A stretch of DNA of 55,513 nt from Octopus sinensis (taxonomy: Eukaryota). The DNA lies in NCBI RefSeq assembly GCF_006345805.1, contig NW_021833721.1, positions 1-55,513 of the forward strand. Direction: 5' to 3'. The position numbers were made by a program, and so were the translations under genes. Position 1 is the first letter of the stretch. Each line of letters opens with the position of its first letter. Shown here piece by piece: positions 51,313 through 55,513 of the stretch. Under the pieces are notes generated by a model, which made no database searches, was not told the DNA's origin, and was given only the letters and a program-made list of their open reading frames with translations.

Positions 51313-51878
51313 CATACATACACGAATTACCGTGTTTCACTGTCTCTCCCTCTCTCCCTCTCCCCCCTCTCTCTCTCTGATACACACACATACACACACA
51401 CACACTCATTCTCCAATACGTATTATGCATTCAAGTTAAATTAAGGACTGATGAAACGAGAATAGGGCATGTCATGTGATCAATGAAGAAGTATCGGATT
51501 AAAATATCGACCAATCAAAGCAATGGGATATGTCGGAGTAGGAATCTATGAACTCCATCTGTCAGGCAAACAGTTTAGCTTAAAGATATTATTAGATTCG
51601 CTAATATTTTTAGTGGGGGCCTTAGAAGGGAGAAACGATAGGTGGTTGTGGAGAAGAGATAGGGTTGTTTTGAGTAATACAGGTGAGAGGGGAAGGTGAA
51701 GGATTGAATATGTGATTGGTAGATAGGTAGGTAGGTAGGTGGCATAGTAAAAAATCACGCAGTGTAAAGAGGCAAAAAGATGCTGAAGATGTGTAAGAGT
51801 GAAAAGTGGGAAGAAAAACAGGAATTAGAATATTTAGAAAAAACACATGCATATACATATATGCTTGCATGTGTATGC

Positions 51879-51931
<53 letters not shown>

Positions 51932-51944
51932 ATTATATATATCT

Positions 51945-52115
51945 TTTTCAGTTATTTGATTGCGGCCAAGCTGGAGCGCCGCCTTTAGTCGAACAAATTG
52001 ACCCCAGGACTTGTTCTTTGGAAGCCCAGTACTTATAGATTCAGTCTCTTTTGCCGAACCGCTAAGTTACGGGGACGTAAACACACCAGCATCGGTCGTC
52101 AAGTGATGGTGCGGG
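51945..52115 (-). mobile_element. SINE family A, 3' half
   Basis: Reverse complement of the tail module. Confidence 0.85.
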
Positions 52116-52211
52116 AACAAATACAGACATACAAATACATACATACATACATACATACATACATACATACATACATACACTCGCACACACATATACCTAT
52201 GTACACACATA

Positions 52212-52582
52212 CACTTGCGTCAGAAATTAATTAGCACTTCTCAAATTTCTACATTAAATAGGTTAAATCAATTAACCTATGAGCTGTTCAAAACGTCTAC
52301 GCTATGAGAAAACTTAGTATGGTTGATTCGGTCCTTGCGAGGCGCTCCCTATATCTATTAAACAAATGGAAGATTTGTCTGCATCCGCACTCCAAGTTGT
52401 TGCACTGCTATGTCAACATCATAAGGTTGTAGACTCTCAACTGCTTCAAACAAAGTTACTCCATCGTTCTGCGTTCAACAGTGAACTCGCAAAAAGCAAT
52501 AGTTCGAGATAGGCCACTAGGTGACAGCACATACCTTGAGTGAAGAGCAAATCAAGGGTGCTAATTAATTTCTGACGGTAGG
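52212..52582. mobile_element. Tc1-like MITE
   Basis: Perfect 20-bp inverted repeat cgtcagaaattaattagcac (52218-52237) / gtgctaattaatttctgacg (52558-52577); TA flanks. Confidence 0.8.
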
Positions 52583-52927
52583 TACGCATATATATGTCTC
52601 TCTTACTTTCTATCTTCTATCTCTCTCTGTCTCTCTCTCTATCTATCTGTCTCTCTCTCTCTCCCTCTATCTCTCTCTCTCTTTCTTTCTCTGTGAAAAT
52701 TCTTGAATCGCAGATCAAGGATACCAGAAATACAAAGAGGACTCAACACGAATCAGAACTAACCCTCGTGTGATTCGTTACGTGTTGCAGAATTAACGTT
52801 TTAGCAGAGAATCTCTGCTTTCGTTAATTCAATAGTTCCTCGGAAACTGAACGCATGCATACACACACAGACACAAACACGCACGCACACACACACATAC
52901 ATACACACACCTGCATAGATATATATT

Positions 52928-52973
<46 letters not shown>

Positions 52974-53345
52974 CGTATGTGTGCGTGCGTATGTGCTCGT
53001 GCATGTGTGCGTGCGCGTGCGTGTGCGTGTAAGCATGTATATATGTCTGCATGTGTGTATGCATATGTATATATGTATGTATGTATATATGTATGTATAA
53101 CCGCTAGTAGCTAGAGCTACTATGTGACGTAATTATGGAAGATTTCCTCGGATAAATTGGCGGATAAATTGGATATCCTTGCCTTGGCGTTTGTTTTCCT
53201 TTTTAACAAATTTACATCTGCTGTACTGGAAATCTATAATAGTTCCATAACTCCTGTCTCGGTTATGACTGGAACCCTGTAATCCATTATAGCAATTACC
53301 CAGCATACCTATCCGTTTAAACAGCATATATATATGTATTATATA

Positions 53346-53385
<40 letters not shown>

Positions 53386-53406
53386 TATTTTTAATATATA
53401 TATATA

Positions 53407-53439
<33 letters not shown>

Positions 53440-53444
<5 letters not shown>

Positions 53445-53635
53445 GGAGAGTTTACAAAAAAAAACAAAAGACGAAGGTGTACAACCAACAGATGTGTTAG
53501 TAATAACGCTCGGGAATAGAAAAGTCTTTCGTTTCAAGCCTACGCTCTTCTACAGAAAGGGACACAGAAAAAACAGGGAGAGAAACAAGAGAGAAAAAAA
53601 TGTGTGTAGTGGCTAACGATCTATCATGGCGTCTG
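53440..53635 (-). mobile_element. Family P1 repeat, diverged; hammerhead motif at 53526-53559 damaged
   Basis: Minus strand: cttt CTGTAGA a GAGC gtag GCTT GAAACG aaag; the cleavage-site bases are deleted. Confidence 0.6.
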
Positions 53636-54039
53636 ATATATATATATATATATATATATACTATATATATATATATATATATAGGCAGATATACATATGC
53701 GTAAACACATATAGACAGGCAACAGACAGACAGAGATAAAACAAATAGAAACAGGTATGGAAGGTAATGTATTCAATGCTTTTACAGGACAAACTCGTGC
53801 TTCCCCATGAATACATAACAGTTGTAGAAACATATAATCTTGCAATACATTTATCAGCATTTCACAATACTTGCATATGCACAGAAGGCTCACTGAAGTA
53901 GAATTGTGTGCGTGGTGTTGTGTGTGTGTGTGTGTGTGTGTGTACGCGTGTGTGTGTGTGTACGCGTGTGTGTGTGTGTGTGTGTGCGTGTGTCTGTGTT
54001 TGTGTCTGTATATATTGTATATATATATTTGAGAGAGAG

Positions 54040-54102
54040 AGAATGGATGGATAAATAGATAGATAATAGATAGATAGATAGATAGATAGATATAGATAGA
54101 TC

Positions 54103-54147
<45 letters not shown>

Positions 54148-54246
54148 TATAGAATAGATAGAAGATAGATAGATAGATGATAGATAGATAGATAGATAGA
54201 TAGATATAGATATAGATAGATAGATAATAGATAGAGATAGATAGAT

Positions 54247-54291
<45 letters not shown>

Positions 54292-54301
54292 TAGATAGAA
54301 G

Positions 54302-54334
<33 letters not shown>

Positions 54335-54436
54335 TAGATAGATAGAATATAGATAGATAGATAGATAGATAGAAGATAGATAGATAGATAGATAGATGAT
54401 AGATAGATAGTAGATAGATAGATAGATAGATAGATA
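54040..54436. repeat. Long interrupted (GATA)n tract
   Basis: Direct. Confidence 0.9.
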
Positions 54437-54911
54437 ACTATTCCGTTATGGAAATTATCAACAATATCGCATTTCGCACGATGTAGCAGAGTATAATAAA
54501 ACGGACCATTGATGCACGACGCCACTCTGTCATAAACAATTGGATGAGAATACAACGAAAATACCGGGTTTTTTAATACTTTTTTCTTCTATCTATTAAC
54601 GTGTATATAGTAATTATACAATTATTTCCAAAAAAAACAAGGCTCTATCTTTATATGTAAAAGTAATGAGGAAAAGAAGAGCCTTTGGAGATAACGTAGA
54701 GACTGCTGTGAAAACATCTCCGTGGCTCTGCATGAGGAAAAGATGATCGGCAGAGTCTTAAGAATGCCGTTGGAACACAGGCTTGGGTTTGATCAATCTA
54801 GATGTGGTCGTCTGGATGAGGATGCATGTTATAAGACCCAAAACACTCAGTGATCCCAAGAAACAACACTGAGAATATGTTCAAGTATTGCATCTATAGA
54901 TATATATTTTA

Positions 54912-55205
54912 TCTTTAACTTGTTTCGGTCTTTAGACTGCGACCATGCCGGGACACCATCTTGAAGAATGTTAGTCGAATGAATCGATCCCAGTACTTTG
55001 TTTTTAAAGCCTGGTACTTATTCCCTCGGTCTTTTTGGCCGAACTACTAAGCTACAGGGTCGTAAACACACCAACACCAATTGTCAAGCGGGGCGGAGGA
55101 CTGACGCAGATCCATTCGCAAGGCTTTGTCTGTAATAGAAGACACTTGTCCTTGGTGTCGCACAATGGAATTGAAATCGGAACCATTTGATAGGAAAGCT
55201 AACTT
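54912..55205 (-). mobile_element. Old, diverged SINE family A relative
   Basis: Degenerate matches to both modules. Confidence 0.7.
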
Positions 55206-55264
55206 CTTCTCACACAGTCACACCTGCACTTATGCTGAACTTTCAAAAGTAAATATATACATAG

Positions 55265-55513
55265 ATATATGCATGTATGTATGTATGTATGTATGTATGT
55301 ATGATGTATGGTTGTATGTATGTTTGTGGGTGTATGTATGTACGTGTGTATGTATGTATGTATGTATGTATGAATGTATGTATGTATGTATGTATGTATG
55401 TATGTATGTATGTAGTTTGTATGCAGTAGTATGTATGAATGTATGTATGTATGTATGATGTATGTATGTATGTATGTACGTGTGTATGTATGTATGTATG
55501 TATGTATGAATGT
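55265..55513. repeat. (TATG)n tract running off the window end
   Basis: Direct. Confidence 0.9.

Noticed and set aside
51446-51500. ctgatgaaac as another hammerhead core
   Set aside because: No stem II or correctly placed GAAA and GUH follows.

Overview
This is AT-rich eukaryotic non-coding DNA, either intergenic or a very large intron. It is dominated by microsatellites [(TA)n, (TG)n, (TATG)n, (GATA)n, (CT)n, (AAT)n] and layered transposon debris. The tRNA-derived SINE families look like those I know from octopus, so an octopod cephalopod is my inference; this is recognition, not a database result. I found no confident host protein-coding exon, and most ORFs in the track are translated microsatellites. 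Supported content: about 12 copies or fragments of one bipartite SINE, a second SINE family and a third single SINE. Several mariner/Tc1 remnants and at least 7 MITE/fold-back elements are present, with decayed RTE, CR1-like and REL-endonuclease LINEs, a Helitron helicase fragment and a GC-rich Penelope GIY-YIG fragment. The most interesting signals are: (1) several hammerhead-ribozyme-like motifs from different Penelope-type repeat families, including a three-copy family with a non-canonical CUGUUGA core, one motif with a canonical core and long domain II, and one split by a SINE; (2) a GC-rich RTE insertion with a 5' inversion joined at a CTGCAG palindrome; (3) a mariner derivative with about 200-230 bp inverted ends; (4) two unrelated indel-free 27-bp minisatellites, one a possible coding exon and one ending in overlapping perfect palindromes. 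Coordinates were read by eye and element ends may be off by several bases.
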